Virus record (IMG/VR): IMGVR_UViG_3300037606_000123
Span: 59,032-123,031 of that record
Origin: a virus
Length of the DNA stretch: 64,000 nt
Direction: 5' to 3' (one strand)
Shown piece after piece: positions 8,433 through 19,009 of the stretch (the stretch's first letter is position 1; each line of letters opens with the position of its first letter). The position numbers and the translations under genes are program-made. The notes under the pieces were generated by a model. The model saw only the letters and a program-made list of their open reading frames with translations. It did no database searches and had not been told where the DNA came from.

Positions 8433-9020
8433 ATGAAAGAATTAATTTTAAACGCTATCAATTTTTTAAATATTAGTAACCCTAGTAATTTTTTACCATA
8501 TCACAATATAGATCATTTATGGATGGTTTATAATTATTGTCAAAAAATTACTGATATGATTAATAATTCAGATGTAAAAGAAACTGAGTTATTTATTGCT
8601 GCGTTATTTCATGATTATAATCATAGTGGTGGAAAATTGACAGATAATTTTAATATAGATAATGCTATAGAGGGCGTTACATTATTTCATAAAGCACATC
8701 CCGAATTTGATTTGAATTATGTTTCTTATTTAATTAAATGTACAGAATATCCATATTCTGTGTTAGATATAGATTTAACAATAGAAGCTAAAATTTTAAG
8801 GGATGCTGATTTGTCATATGTTTTTGAATATATAAGTATAGTAAAATTATATTGTGGTTTAAGAAAAGAATTTAATCAAACGTTAATATTATTTTTAAAT
8901 AATCAATTTAATTTTTTAAGTAATATTAATTTTTATATTCCGGAATTCCAAAATTTATGGAAAGGTGGAATACAAGAACTAAGATTACTAGAATTAGAAG
9001 AATTAAAAGCACATGTATAA
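8433..9020 (+). CDS. HD-domain phosphohydrolase
   Basis: PYHNIDH, ALFHDYNH and LRDADL motifs. Confidence 0.8.
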   Translation: MKELILNAINFLNISNPSNFLPYHNIDHLWMVYNYCQKITDMINNSDVKETELFIAALFHDYNHSGGKLTDNFNIDNAIEGVTLFHKAHPEFDLNYVSYLIKCTEYPYSVLDIDLTIEAKILRDADLSYVFEYISIVKLYCGLRKEFNQTLILFLNNQFNFLSNINFYIPEFQNLWKGGIQELRLLELEELKAHV

Positions 9021-9345
9021 TTTATATTTAATTTATGCAGAGATTGAATCTATAGGACAATGGAAAGTGGGTTTATCTAAGCATCCAAATAAACGTATAA
9101 ATGAACTACGAACAGCTAATCCAAATATAGTTGGTATTTCAGCTTTATATGAAATATATGAACGTGATGTTGCATATAAAACAGAAGCACTATTAAAAAA
9201 ATTTTTGTTACCATTTAAAATTGCTGGTGAATGGGTTAATATAATGGCATTAAGTCCATTATTATTTTTAGAATACTGTGAAAAATATGAACAAATAGCA
9301 AAAACATTAATACAAATAAAAAAAAATAAAAAATACATTTATTAA
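9013..9345 (+). CDS. T5orf172/MUG113-type GIY-YIG domain protein
   Basis: LYLI..WKVGLSKHPNKRINELRTANP..E..L...L..GEW. Confidence 0.75.
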   Translation: MYNLYLIYAEIESIGQWKVGLSKHPNKRINELRTANPNIVGISALYEIYERDVAYKTEALLKKFLLPFKIAGEWVNIMALSPLLFLEYCEKYEQIAKTLIQIKKNKKYIY

Positions 9346-9349
9346 AAAT

Positions 9350-9847
9350 ATGGAAATAAAATTAAAACCAACTGATATAATAGAAAGATTTCTATGGGAT
9401 AAATATGAATATTTTTGTTTAGAAGAAAAATCTAATTTAGAAATAGCAAATATTATTAAATTGAATGAAGAATTTATTATATCAGAAAATGATGCATTTG
9501 TTATTGGTTTAATAAATGTTATTTATACACCAGAAGTTATTTATAAATTTAAACAATTTTTATTAGGTTTATTATCTAATAAGAGTTTTGAATTTGAAGA
9601 TACAGCTGATAATAGAAAAAAATTATTTATTAATCCACAATTATTTGTACAATCTATAAATACATTTAAAAACAAAATACCAAAAAATTGGACATCAACT
9701 GATATTGAATTTAATAATTTATGTTTACAATTACCAGAAAAATATACACAATTTATTGAAAATTTAGAAAAATTAGATATATTATTAATACAAGATTTTC
9801 CGTGTGTAAAATGCGCACAAGTAAAAAAAATTATAAATAGATTATAA
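9350..9847 (+). CDS. Hypothetical protein
   Basis: 165-aa ORF followed by a terminator hairpin at 9849-9877. Confidence 0.65.
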   Translation: MEIKLKPTDIIERFLWDKYEYFCLEEKSNLEIANIIKLNEEFIISENDAFVIGLINVIYTPEVIYKFKQFLLGLLSNKSFEFEDTADNRKKLFINPQLFVQSINTFKNKIPKNWTSTDIEFNNLCLQLPEKYTQFIENLEKLDILLIQDFPCVKCAQVKKIINRL

Positions 9848-9916
9848 ATAAAAAGAAGAGTTTAAACTCTTCTTTTTAGTTTATAAAACTTTTTTAAAAA
9901 TATTCATATAAATAGT

Positions 9917-10150
9917 ATGTATGTTGAAATAGTTGAAATTTTAGGTGATGTTGAAATAGTTGAAAATAAAATAGGTAAAGCTATTTTATTTAGTATTATG
10001 GATAATGAATACAATTTTAATTGTATTTTATATATTGGACAAATGTTACCTTTTGTTACATTGCATGATAATGATAAAAAATATAATGATAATGATATTT
10101 TAAATTTAATTTTAAACAAGTATAAACTAGAAGAATTAAAAAAATTATGA
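9917..10150 (+). CDS. Hypothetical protein
   Basis: 77-aa ORF after an AAAC-N17-TATAAA promoter; ATGA overlap with the next gene. Confidence 0.6.
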   Translation: MYVEIVEILGDVEIVENKIGKAILFSIMDNEYNFNCILYIGQMLPFVTLHDNDKKYNDNDILNLILNKYKLEELKKL

Positions 10151-10446
10151 TAATAAAAGAATGGTGGTTTAAAAATTACAAATCGTATGGAAATGTAACA
10201 CAAAGAATAAAATTAAATGATGAAGGTGAACTAATATTATTAGTTGGTGCTAACGGTAACGGTAAATGTGTCGAAAAAAATACAGCAATAGATATACATA
10301 TTGTTGATTTAGTATTGACAATAGAATTAATTAATTATTTGGAGACAACGGATAAGGGAAATAAAATATTACAATATATAAAAGAAACTAATAATATTTT
10401 ATATGACCGAATATACCAATTTAAGAAGAAAGAACTCAAAGTTTAA
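10147..10446 (+). CDS. gp46: gp46/SbcC N-terminal fragment fused to a split-intein N-half
   Basis: FKNYKSYG and Walker A GANGNGK, followed directly by intein block A CVEKNTAIDI (Cys1 at 10267); ends at a stop after 59 intein residues. Confidence 0.85.
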   Translation: MIIKEWWFKNYKSYGNVTQRIKLNDEGELILLVGANGNGKCVEKNTAIDIHIVDLVLTIELINYLETTDKGNKILQYIKETNNILYDRIYQFKKKELKV

Positions 10447-11701
10447 ATATTTAAAAAAATTCTTTGAATTCTTTAAAGACTATGAAAATTTAATAGTATC
10501 ATATGAAATATTATTAAATGATGTTAATATTACATTATTAAATTTTCAGAAAAACATTTTAAAAAAATATAATATGGTTGCATGTGGTAAACCAACTAAA
10601 TTATTTTGGTTACAACGTGGATATACGTTAGATGAATCTATTGTGCGTTGTAATGAGTATAAAGTTGTAAAAGATAAAACAAAATCACCAATGAATATTA
10701 ATTTTTGGTTGAATAAAGGATTTAGCGAAGAAGATGCTAAATTTAAAATAAAATCACAAAGAAAATTAAATATTGAATATTGGTTGAATAAAGGATTTAG
10801 TGAAGAAGATGCAAAGTTGTATGTAAGAGAATTTCAACTAGAACAAAATAATAAATATGTAAAGAAAAGAAAAAATAATCCAGATAAATATAATGCAGTT
10901 TCTGAAACACAATTAAAATATTGGTTGAATAAAGGATTTAGTGAAGAAGAAGGAAAAATTAAATTAAAAGAACGACAAAGAACATTTAGTAAAGATATAT
11001 GTATTAAAAAATATGGTGATGAATTAGGTTTAATTAAATGGAAAGAACGACAAGATAAATGGATAAATTCTTTAATATTGTCTGATTATGATTTATCATC
11101 AAAAAAATCAGTTACAACTAAATATAAAATAAATAACTATAATATTGATAAATTAATAGATTCATATACATTAATAAATAAAGAATTATTTAAAGAATTA
11201 TTTAAAAAATGTAAAAATATAGAAGAATTTGTAACCGATTATTCAAATCATTTTAATAATAATAATTTAGATGAAATTTCTTTATATAATATAATTAAAC
11301 CAATACAAAATTTAACTATATTATCAACATATTATAATACAGACAATAAACATATATTATCATTAATAATACCAAAAATTACTAGAATAAAAAGCAGATA
11401 TTCATATATTTCTTGGTTTAATGGACATATTTGTAGAAGTGATAGTGAATATATTATTGCAAATTATTTATTTAAAAACAATATAAATTATGTATATGAA
11501 AAATATTATAAAAATTCTAATAAAAGATGTGATTTTTATTTAACTGATTATAATTTATATGTAGAATTTTTTGGAATGACACATTCATATAAAACAAAAA
11601 TTGATTTTTTGAATATAAATAATATTAATTATTTATCTGATAGAAATCGAAAAAAATTAATAGAAAAAATTGATAATTATGTTAACAATACAAATAAATG
11701 A
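10403..11701 (+). mobile_element. Free-standing homing-endonuclease-like gene inside the fractured gp46
   Basis: Three (F/Y)WLNKGFSEE repeats plus one degenerate copy; C-terminal Vsr/PD-(D/E)xK-like segment RSDSEYIIANYL..RCDFYL..YVEFFG. Overlaps both intein halves in different frames. Confidence 0.7.
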
Positions 11702-13589
11702 TTTATTAGAATTATCAAAATATACAAATATTTTGAAATCTGAAATACAAACAATGACACCAGCGGGATTAAAAAAGATTTTTGCTGTGGATATAACAGC
11801 AAAAAATAGTAAAATTTTAAATATAAAAACAAGTAAACATGAATTATCGTGTTCACCTGACCATTTGATTAAATCAAATAACGAATGGATAAAAGTTAAA
11901 GATTTGAAAATAGATCAAGAGATAGATACTAAATATGGCACTTATAATATTTTAAGTATATCTGAATTAGATTATACTGATGATTTATTGGATTTACATG
12001 TAGATACAAATGAATATTATACAAATGATATTTTAAGTCATAATTCAAGTTTAATTTCAAGTTTAGATTTAGCTTGTTACGGGGAAGAATTGAATAAACG
12101 TGGTAAAAGATTATCTAAAGGTAATTTTCCTAATAGAATTAATGGTGACATGGAAGTAGGTGTTATATTTAATACAGATCAAGAATTATATATAACACGA
12201 AAAATGGTGAATTTATCAGCACCAGTTAAAACAAATTTGGTTATCGATAAAATTCCATATAATAAAGCAAATAAAATTGAAGATAAGATTGTAGAAAAAA
12301 TTGGATTTGATTTTAAAACATATAAAAGTTTTATTTCAATGAATGTGAATAATTTTAAAAATTTTATTTCATTAACACCAGAAGAAAAAAGAATTTTATT
12401 GGATAAATTATTTAACTTAGAACAAATAAATGAATTAAATAAAATCCTTAAAGAATTACAAAAAACAAATTCTCGTGATATTACTTCTTTAAAATCACAA
12501 ATCGATGTTTATCTTGAAAATATATCTGAATTACAATCAACAGTTGATGCAGTTTTAGAAAAAAATAAAAATAATAATTATACAAGATTAAGTGAAATTA
12601 GTAAATTATTAATTGAACATAAATCAACATTTTTAATTTTAGAAAATTTAAAAGATTCTATTCAAGAAGAATTAGATATATTTTCTAATGGTATTAATAA
12701 ATTAAAAACAAAAAAAATAAATATTAACAGAGATATAATTGATATTGAAACAAAAATAGAATTATATAGTGGTGGTAAATGTCCAACATGTTTACACGAT
12801 TTATCAAATGAATTAAATTTATTGCCTGAATTACAGGAAGTTTTAAATAAAACAAAAGAAGTATTAAATAAAACAAACACAAAAATAAATGATGCAACTA
12901 TAGAATTACAAAATTGTACAACAACACATAGAAAAGCTATCACAGATTTACAATTATTAACACAACAAGTAAATTTATTACAACAAGAACAAAAGTCTCT
13001 TAAAAGTGATAAAAACAATAACATAGAAGATTTTAAACTTAATATAAAATCATTAGAAACTAAAAAAGAAGTAAAAGAAGTTGAATATTTAGAAATTCAA
13101 AAATTAAAATATGTTTATGATATATTAACACCAATTTGGGGTGAACAAGGTATTAAAAGAGATATTATAGATTCTATTATAGATCCATTAAATGAATTTA
13201 TAGAAGAAGATTTAATTCATTTAAAAACAAGATTTAGAGTACAATTAGATAATAATTTTGATGCACATATTTATGAATGGAATGAAGAAATTGATACTGA
13301 TACTTTAAGTGTTGGTGAAGAAAAGAAAATCAATTTAATTATTATGTTAGCATACATAAAAATGTTAAGAATGAAACGAAATATAAATGTTTTATTTTTA
13401 GATGAAGTATTTGCATCAATTGATATGCAAGGTATTGAAGACATATTAATTTTATTTAAGAAATTTGCAAATGAAAGAAAAATTAATATATTTTTAGTGC
13501 ATCATTCAGAATTAAATGAATACTTCTTTGATAGAATATTATACATCAAAAAAAATACTTTTTCTTACATAGAAGAAAAAATTATTTAA
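11679..13589 (+). CDS. gp46: Split-intein C-half fused to the remainder of gp46/SbcC
   Basis: Block B SCSPDH, block F DLLDLHV and block G YYTNDILSHN/S (HN ends at 12044). Then coiled coils, the CPTC zinc hook, LSVGE signature, LFLDEVF Walker B and VHH H-loop. Confidence 0.9.
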   Translation: MLTIQINDLLELSKYTNILKSEIQTMTPAGLKKIFAVDITAKNSKILNIKTSKHELSCSPDHLIKSNNEWIKVKDLKIDQEIDTKYGTYNILSISELDYTDDLLDLHVDTNEYYTNDILSHNSSLISSLDLACYGEELNKRGKRLSKGNFPNRINGDMEVGVIFNTDQELYITRKMVNLSAPVKTNLVIDKIPYNKANKIEDKIVEKIGFDFKTYKSFISMNVNNFKNFISLTPEEKRILLDKLFNLEQINELNKILKELQKTNSRDITSLKSQIDVYLENISELQSTVDAVLEKNKNNNYTRLSEISKLLIEHKSTFLILENLKDSIQEELDIFSNGINKLKTKKININRDIIDIETKIELYSGGKCPTCLHDLSNELNLLPELQEVLNKTKEVLNKTNTKINDATIELQNCTTTHRKAITDLQLLTQQVNLLQQEQKSLKSDKNNNIEDFKLNIKSLETKKEVKEVEYLEIQKLKYVYDILTPIWGEQGIKRDIIDSIIDPLNEFIEEDLIHLKTRFRVQLDNNFDAHIYEWNEEIDTDTLSVGEEKKINLIIMLAYIKMLRMKRNINVLFLDEVFASIDMQGIEDILILFKKFANERKINIFLVHHSELNEYFFDRILYIKKNTFSYIEEKII

Positions 13590-14089
13590 ACATAAAATAT
13601 AGTTAATAAATCATCAGGTTCTAATATATATGGAGCAGTTCCTAACCATGTTAAAGTTAAAGCATTTATATTAAAACTATAATCATCTAAATCTATAATT
13701 ATACCATTTACAGTAATATATGATATATCATTAATTTGAACTGGTATAATCATAGTATGATTAATACCAATAGTTGTTGTTATTAATGGAAATATATTAA
13801 CACGTAATATATTCAATGCTGTTGGTGTATTAGAATTATTAATATTATTTTGTAACATTAATAATGCATCTCTTAATAATATATGTGCACCTCTAGCTTC
13901 TACACTATTACTAAATTTTAATATTATTGTTTCACTTTCTGCATTTTGTTTAATATAAATACTACTATCAGTAATAGATAATGTACAACTAGGATTTCTA
14001 ATTAAATACACAATAGCACCGATATTATTTCTAATTTTTAAAATAATATCAGTACTAATTGGAACTATAAAATTTACTTTATTAAACAT
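13586..14089 (-). CDS. Putative virion protein
   Basis: Beta-rich 167-aa ORF co-transcribed with the Ig-like gene. Confidence 0.5.
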   Translation of the reverse strand: MFNKVNFIVPISTDIILKIRNNIGAIVYLIRNPSCTLSITDSSIYIKQNAESETIILKFSNSVEARGAHILLRDALLMLQNNINNSNTPTALNILRVNIFPLITTTIGINHTMIIPVQINDISYITVNGIIIDLDDYSFNINALTLTWLGTAPYILEPDDLLTIFYV

Positions 14090-14091
14090 TA

Positions 14092-15453
14092 TTATGACGC
14101 GGTTAATGTTATTATTCTTGTTGTTGTATTTCCAGCTAAATCAGAAACAATAAATGTTACAATATATGGTCCGAACGTAGAAATAATTGCAACCGGTGCA
14201 GATAAAATATCTACAAAACTTACAGATAAATTTGATAATGATATTGGTCCATCTATATCATCAATAATACTTAATATACATAATACTTTAGCATCATTAT
14301 ATGTAAAATTATTTAAATAATCAGCTAAAACAATTGTAATTTCATCTATTACAACACTATTAGTAAATGTAATAACAGGTGGTGTAATATCTATAATATT
14401 TAATTGTGCATCAATAGTAATCATATTTGTAGATGTATTACCAGCAATATCACTAATTGAAATATATGCATTAAATGTTCCTACATTTATTATATTTGGA
14501 ATTATTGTTGTACCTTGTTTAAATACAATATTATTTATTAAGATTGCAATATTACCATCTGTTAAATCTGTTGCATTTAATAATGCGTAATCTATAAAAT
14601 CTTGTTTAGTAAATACTTGTCCTGGATATAAAACTAAATCAATTGTAATTTGGTCTAAAACAACATCTACTGTATAATTAATTACAGGTGGTAATATATC
14701 AGCAGCTTTTGGTAATAATCTATTAATTGGATCTAATAATAACCAATTAATTGCAGATAATGCTTGTAACGCATGGTATTCAGATATAAAATCTAATACA
14801 ATATTATTTGCTGATGCATCATCAATAACTAATCTATTTTGTCCTGGTATTTTAGAAACATTAATTATATCAGCTAAATTAGTTGTTCCTGACAATTCAT
14901 TATCTGAATTGTAATATGCTAATATTTGTGATGTTGTTTGATTGTATGTTTGTATATCATTGAATTCTAAATTATTTAAATATAATAATGCAGATATATC
15001 ATTTAAATAATCATTATCCATAGCTCCAACTAAAATTTCTAATTGTACATTACAATTTGGATTTGGATTATCTAAAACAATTGTTGGTATTGGATTAGAT
15101 GATGTACCAGTTAAAACTAAAATAGTTGTAAAAGATCCTTTTGCATCTGAACTTGATTCATATTTCCATTTTAAAAAATTAGTACGTGTTGATGTTGCAG
15201 CAGATGAATATGTTGGTACTACTGCTAAAAATGTTGGTTTTATACCTAACATAGAAAAAGATAAAACGTATTCTTCTTGTCCAGCTGGAACTTGAATACT
15301 TAATCGTTGATATTGTTTGTAATCAATTTTAACATTACATAAGGGTAATGAACTAATTGTATTTGCTCCACTTACAACATTAATTTTATTACCAAAAAAA
15401 CGTATAAATTTTGTAACTGGCCCAAATATTGGACTTGATGAGAATATTGTCAT
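14092..15453 (-). CDS. Putative virion protein with Ig-like (HYR/DUF5011-type) repeats
   Basis: Two PPVI..(S/T)D..DG..SD.AGNT(S/T)T modules. Confidence 0.55.
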   Translation of the reverse strand: MTIFSSSPIFGPVTKFIRFFGNKINVVSGANTISSLPLCNVKIDYKQYQRLSIQVPAGQEEYVLSFSMLGIKPTFLAVVPTYSSAATSTRTNFLKWKYESSSDAKGSFTTILVLTGTSSNPIPTIVLDNPNPNCNVQLEILVGAMDNDYLNDISALLYLNNLEFNDIQTYNQTTSQILAYYNSDNELSGTTNLADIINVSKIPGQNRLVIDDASANNIVLDFISEYHALQALSAINWLLLDPINRLLPKAADILPPVINYTVDVVLDQITIDLVLYPGQVFTKQDFIDYALLNATDLTDGNIAILINNIVFKQGTTIIPNIINVGTFNAYISISDIAGNTSTNMITIDAQLNIIDITPPVITFTNSVVIDEITIVLADYLNNFTYNDAKVLCILSIIDDIDGPISLSNLSVSFVDILSAPVAIISTFGPYIVTFIVSDLAGNTTTRIITLTAS

Positions 15454-15495
15454 AATTTTTAATAATAAAAATGTATTTTAATTATATATAATAAT

Positions 15496-17745
15496 ATGAC
15501 AAGTAACTTTTCTATTAACCATGTATTTGAATCAGATTTACATATTAATATAACTATAAATGATGGTATATTTACAACATTCGGTCAAACATTTATAATA
15601 CAACATAACCCATCAATACAATTATTAAAAAATTTAATATCTTGGGATCATGTAGTATTAAATACTAGTTTAACAAATTATTTTGAAATTGAATATAGAT
15701 CGAGTTTTGATACAATTACATGGACACCATGGGTAAACATGCCAAATGATTTTAATAACTTTTTAGATCCTAATACATTTGGTAATGTTTGGTTACAAGT
15801 AAAATATAAATATATTTCAGATAATACTGGAGTATCTATAGAATTAAAAGAATTAAATATTAATGGTATAAGAACAGTTAATGAAATATTTGAACCAACT
15901 ATTATTACACCTGGTGATGTTGTAACTTATACCAATCAAGACACATATAAAGTTTTTTCTTTAAATGATTTTGAATTATTTTTACAAGATAATAATCCAC
16001 AAGATTTAAATATAGCTATTAGATATACACAAACACAAGGTAGATATTGGAGTGATTGGGTTCCATTAAATAGTGAAAATTTACAAAAGTTAAAATTTGA
16101 AAGATTAAAATTTGTAAATTTTCAATTTTCATTTCAAAATATAGGAAATGTAAATGTAAATTTATATGATTTAGAATTAATAGGTGAATTTCAAAATGTT
16201 ACAGCTAATTATGCAACAATTGCAAGAATGGGATTAAAAACACAATGTAATCCATTAGCAACAACATCTGCACCAACATGTGATGCAGAATTAAGAGCAA
16301 GTAATAATAATTGTGTTCCATGTTCTCAAGCATTAACACCATGGAATACAGACATTAGTGTATGTAATCCATGTAATAATTTTGTACAAATTAATGATAA
16401 ATCATTATGGCAAAATCAAATAAAATTATATGCAGAACTAAATGATTTTATTAATCAAGTAAATTCGTGGAAAGTGACATATTTATTAACAGATGCTGAT
16501 GGTAAAGGAATAGATCATTTATTACATGAACAACAAATACATAATGTTATTTCTAAAAAAGATATTAATGTAATTATACCTAATAATCAATTTCCTGTTG
16601 ATACTTTATATTTTTCTGGTTTAGATTTAGATTTAATACAGTCATTTGAAATACATATAACTAAAGAGTCATTTAAAAAAGTATTTGGTGTTGAATTTAG
16701 ACCAAGTAAACGTGATGTTGTTTACATTTGTGACATTAATCAATTATGGGAAGTTGAACAGATGTTTCCGAAACGCGGTTTTATGAATGCAGAAACTTAC
16801 TATAGAGTATTAATGAAAAAATACAGTGATAGAAAATCTAGACAATTTGCTAAAACAACTGAAGGTGAAGAAGCTAAATTATTTGTTGATGAACTTACAA
16901 AATATACAACATTAGATGTTTTATTTGATATTGATGTAAATGCAGAAGTTAAAAAGGTTACTAAAGATTTATTACCAATGGATATAGATAATCCATCGCA
17001 ACAATATACAGAAAAAACAATTATGAATTTACGCACAAGTATACACAATAAAGTAAGTATTTTAGATAATGAAATATGGAACGCAACATTAACAGTTGCA
17101 AAAAATGTATATGAAATGCCTGTAAAAAGTAGAAATTTAAAATTGGTTGAATATGTAAGTACAGATCAAACAATGAATATTGCTGATAACCGTGCATTTA
17201 CAATGTGGTTTAAAACACAAGAATACGATCCGACATATGATTGGACATTATTAAGCAATTATGATTATAGTAATAATACTGGATATAAAATAAATATTTT
17301 TTCAGGTGCATTGACATATCAATATAATAATAATGCATATTCAATACCTGTTGCATCGATGTTACCAAATACATGGTATGTTATATTAGTTAATATGGAT
17401 CAAGTTAAAAATAAATTAGAATTAGCTGTATATACAAGACAAAATGAAATTGGTAGAGATTTAACTAATTCACAATTAGTATTATTTAATAAAATGATAT
17501 TTGATATTATACCAGACGAATATACACACGATTCTAATTTATTTGTTGGTGGTTGTGATACATTTATATCAACTGGTAATACAAAAAAATGGTATTTAAC
17601 AAATATCCGTATTTGGAATGATGTTATTGAAAAAACTAAACGTACTATAGTTTTAAATGAAAATGTTGTTAATGACGCACAATTAACAATTATAGTTGAT
17701 AATGCAGAAAGAGATTTTAGTTTACCTAAATACGGTAATTTTTAA
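15496..17745 (+). CDS. Neck/head-tail connector (gp14-like core) with extra N- and C-terminal beta domains
   Basis: Central FEIHI.K..F...FG...RP...D..Y resembles gp14; the C-terminus is LamG/concanavalin-like (FTMWFK, LFVGG, LTNIRIWN). Confidence 0.45.
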   Translation: MTSNFSINHVFESDLHINITINDGIFTTFGQTFIIQHNPSIQLLKNLISWDHVVLNTSLTNYFEIEYRSSFDTITWTPWVNMPNDFNNFLDPNTFGNVWLQVKYKYISDNTGVSIELKELNINGIRTVNEIFEPTIITPGDVVTYTNQDTYKVFSLNDFELFLQDNNPQDLNIAIRYTQTQGRYWSDWVPLNSENLQKLKFERLKFVNFQFSFQNIGNVNVNLYDLELIGEFQNVTANYATIARMGLKTQCNPLATTSAPTCDAELRASNNNCVPCSQALTPWNTDISVCNPCNNFVQINDKSLWQNQIKLYAELNDFINQVNSWKVTYLLTDADGKGIDHLLHEQQIHNVISKKDINVIIPNNQFPVDTLYFSGLDLDLIQSFEIHITKESFKKVFGVEFRPSKRDVVYICDINQLWEVEQMFPKRGFMNAETYYRVLMKKYSDRKSRQFAKTTEGEEAKLFVDELTKYTTLDVLFDIDVNAEVKKVTKDLLPMDIDNPSQQYTEKTIMNLRTSIHNKVSILDNEIWNATLTVAKNVYEMPVKSRNLKLVEYVSTDQTMNIADNRAFTMWFKTQEYDPTYDWTLLSNYDYSNNTGYKINIFSGALTYQYNNNAYSIPVASMLPNTWYVILVNMDQVKNKLELAVYTRQNEIGRDLTNSQLVLFNKMIFDIIPDEYTHDSNLFVGGCDTFISTGNTKKWYLTNIRIWNDVIEKTKRTIVLNENVVNDAQLTIIVDNAERDFSLPKYGNF

Positions 17746-18062
17746 ATATTACCAAATTCATTATTATCAAATTTAATATCTGCTAATAATGTTGTTAAAT
17801 CTGTTTTTAATACTGATGTTAATTGTTTAGATAATGCTTTACCCCATTCTTCAGATATTTTTTTCCATAAATTTTTCTTGAATTCTTCTTCATCAAAATC
17901 TTTACTAGGTTTATTTGCTTTAGAATATTTATCTAATTCAGTTAACGCTTTGAAAATACCAGCATTTTCATTTGTTAAAAGTTTTAAAATATTACTTTCC
18001 ATTTTTGAAATACGTGATGTTACTTTTGTTTCAAATGAAATTTGATTTTGTGATTTAGCCAT
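17742..18062 (-). CDS. Hypothetical protein
   Basis: 106-aa ORF in a minus-strand operon. Confidence 0.6.
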   Translation of the reverse strand: MAKSQNQISFETKVTSRISKMESNILKLLTNENAGIFKALTELDKYSKANKPSKDFDEEEFKKNLWKKISEEWGKALSKQLTSVLKTDLTTLLADIKFDNNEFGNI

Positions 18063-18064
18063 AA

Positions 18065-18616
18065 TTAAAATAATGAATAATGTTGTTTAAATAAATCAAT
18101 AGAGTATCTTGAAATTAAATCATAAATTATAATATTTTTTAATTCATTTATATGAATTATTATATTATTTTCTTTCATATTTAATTTTTCAATATCTAAA
18201 GGTACATGTTCTTCATAGTCATATGACATTAAAGGTAATATACATATATGATATGATGCAACATTACCTTTGTTTAAAAATATTGGTGCTAATATATCTA
18301 ATTTTGTATTATCTGAAATTTTTAAACCGTATTCAGATAATAACCCACGTTTTAAAGCATCCACAGGTGTTTCATTTTTTTCTATAAGTGTAGACATTAC
18401 ATTAATAAATTTATCTATTTCAGGTCTTTTAATATTAAATGGTGGTATATTTTCGTATCTTAATAATATTTGATTTTTTTCAACTAAATATGGAATACAT
18501 ACAACCATGTCTTGTTCTTGAATAGCTGTATATCCAGCTATATCTAATACTTGTAAATGACCTGCATCAAATGTTACTTTTGTTTCTTTCTTTTCTATGT
18601 TACTTAATAATTGCAT
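18065..18616 (-). CDS. Degenerate Nudix-like protein
   Basis: ETPVDALKRGLLSEYGL is an eroded Nudix box (E-x7-REUxEExGU). Confidence 0.45.
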   Translation of the reverse strand: MQLLSNIEKKETKVTFDAGHLQVLDIAGYTAIQEQDMVVCIPYLVEKNQILLRYENIPPFNIKRPEIDKFINVMSTLIEKNETPVDALKRGLLSEYGLKISDNTKLDILAPIFLNKGNVASYHICILPLMSYDYEEHVPLDIEKLNMKENNIIIHINELKNIIIYDLISRYSIDLFKQHYSLF

Positions 18617-18633
18617 GTTTTATATATGTATTT

Positions 18634-18990
18634 TTATTTAATCCAAATATCATTACTATCACCAAAATCATATAATGATTCTAAATAATCATTGAATAAA
18701 TCTGTAAAATTACCATCAAAACTATATTCTTGAAAAGTATCTTCTGGAATTGTACCATCTGCTAACTGTTTTAAAAAATCGAAATTATCAACAATTTCTT
18801 CTAATTCATATTTTACTGAATCATCTATTTTATTAATTAATCTTTTTAATTGATTAATTATAATATTACAAATTGTAATTACTTGTGCTTCATCATCAAA
18901 ATCTTCACCTCTCAAATGTTGTTTTATATCTAAATGGTATTTCCAATTTCTTTCATTAATTTGTCGAAATTCATTAATTGTTGTAATCAT
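18634..18990 (-). CDS. Tagged (MITTINEF) hypothetical protein
   Basis: N-terminus MITTINEFRQINE. Confidence 0.7.
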   Translation of the reverse strand: MITTINEFRQINERNWKYHLDIKQHLRGEDFDDEAQVITICNIIINQLKRLINKIDDSVKYELEEIVDNFDFLKQLADGTIPEDTFQEYSFDGNFTDLFNDYLESLYDFGDSNDIWIK

Positions 18991-19009
18991 GTTTTTTATT
19001 TTTTTGTTT

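Noticed and set aside
10403-11701. Group I intron as the explanation for the gp46 interruption
   Set aside because: The insert is fully occupied by overlapping ORFs with no room or sequence for an intron core, and intein blocks flank it.
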